In this document: positions 62,624 through 64,000 of the stretch, piece after piece
Numbering within the stretch: the stretch's first letter is position 1
Layout: every line of letters starts with the position of its first letter
Source: Octopus sinensis
Lineage: Eukaryota
DNA length: 64,000 nucleotides
Assembly: GCF_006345805.1 (NCBI RefSeq)
Contig: NC_043004.1
Location: forward strand, 48,298,001-48,362,000
Reading direction: 5' to 3'
Position numbers and translations under genes: made by a program
Notes under the pieces: model-generated
Seen by the model: the letters and a program-made list of their open reading frames with translations, nothing else
Told to the model about the DNA's origin: nothing
The model's database searches: none

Positions 62624-64000
62624 CTTAAACAGCAAATTTCAGCTTTTAATATATATATATCTATATATGCATATGTATACACACACACATATATACATAC
62701 ATATGTACACATGCATATGTATATATACATACATATACATATATATTCTTAGTATATACATATATGTTATGTGTGGATGTATGTGTATAATATATATATA
62801 TATATATACACACACACACGCACACACACATACACACACTGCCAATGAAATGCATTATCTCACCATAGCCCAACAGAAATCAATGGTATTCACAAAAGGT
62901 GGGGATTAATCACCACAATGGCTCAGTTTTGTTATATTTACTACCAAAAACTGGGACAGATTATTTCTATGAAACAACAAGCAGATTATTTAAGAATCAA
63001 TAATTAAATGATAAAAAATATTAATATCTTAATGAGGAAAATTGTTAACCATAGAGTGTAATAAATATAATTTAATGGAGTTCTAAAGTTGACATATCAA
63101 CAGAGATTGTACATATGTGTGTATATACATACACATATGCACAGCGTTGCTGACGAAATATTACCAATTTGTTAGTGGTAAAAATGATTAAGTTTAGTTG
63201 TTTACACTAGGAAACTATCCAAAACTGATCCAATGTAGTGTACCCCAATGAATGGGTGATCTAATTTTAAAAATCTATCTCAGTTTCAAAAGACCATATA
63301 CTGATGGTAAGAAATTTTGGTAAGAAAACGGCACTAATTATTACAATTTAATCATTTGATGCTGTTAAAAACTGTTAACAATGAACATCTAAATAGGATT
63401 TCAAATAGGTATAATGAATGCAGAGTACGTCATCAGCACAGCATTGACTAGAAATCGAGATAGATTTCAAATGATCCCCCTTAAAATAAAAACAGAATGC
63501 ATGAACAATTTTGAATTCCAAAGGTCTCACTGCCGCTTTATTACCCTTCATATGTCTACATGAGTCTTATACAATATAGAACATACATTTCAAATTGGAA
63601 ACTAAAAACTGACGGCATCATCTCTACACAATGTGGACAATAAGTTATTTGATGAGACCGCTCCAACATGTGAAGATGGATACAAAATGACTACAGATCA
63701 TATGATACAATATTGCCTTGAATGTTTCGATTGTTCTCAGGATTCAGGGACCCACACATTCAAGGGACCCACACAAAAGATGCATTCTCTCTCACTTTCA
63801 TTATTAATAAGTTTCTTTTTCTCTGAAAACACTGTTGAGACCCTCAATATATAGTTTGTCATTGAAGTTAGAGAAATAGGAGATTTGCGATGTACAAAGC
63901 TTGTTTTAGCAACAGGTCATTTTAAGGGTGAGGGCAGGGAGTGAAGGGCACAAAAATACAAAGTGGAGTCGGTCTGACAGATCAGTTGGCTTCCAATTAA

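Noticed and set aside
63633-63790. ORF with APTCEDGYKMTTDHMIQYC, like a LINE C-terminal Cys/His knuckle
   Set aside because: Too short and degenerate to assign; no RT upstream

Overview
This is eukaryotic, AT-rich, repeat-dense DNA, most likely from an octopus (coleoid cephalopod). That assignment is inferred from the SINE, RTE and MITE families and the very large (TA)/(CA)/(TATG) microsatellite load. There are no prokaryotic genes, rRNA, true tRNA or CRISPR arrays, and almost all ORFs in the supplied track are microsatellite artefacts. Mobile elements: about 25 copies of three tRNA-derived SINE families, a young 5'-truncated RTE LINE with a perfect 12-bp TSD, several older LINE remnants, and a near full-length degenerate Penelope-like element (RT plus GIY-YIG) with two further GIY-YIG fragments. 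DNA transposons include a Tc1 element with DD36E spacing, a maT/mariner remnant, two hAT transposase relics, and hAT, mariner, piggyBac and fold-back MITEs. A 100-N assembly gap lies at 27831-27930. Non-repeat signals: (i) a chain of very short minus-strand exon candidates at 62.6-47.2 kb that splice into one open 75-codon C-terminus, inside a CpG-depleted domain (a possible micro-exon-rich host gene, unidentified and speculative); (ii) a compact plus-strand E-box/CCAAT/TATA/Inr promoter at about 29.5 kb; (iii) degenerate hammerhead-ribozyme-like motifs near the Penelope 3' end; (iv) several striking fold-back or palindromic structures. All homology calls are by eye from remembered family motifs; no search was run.
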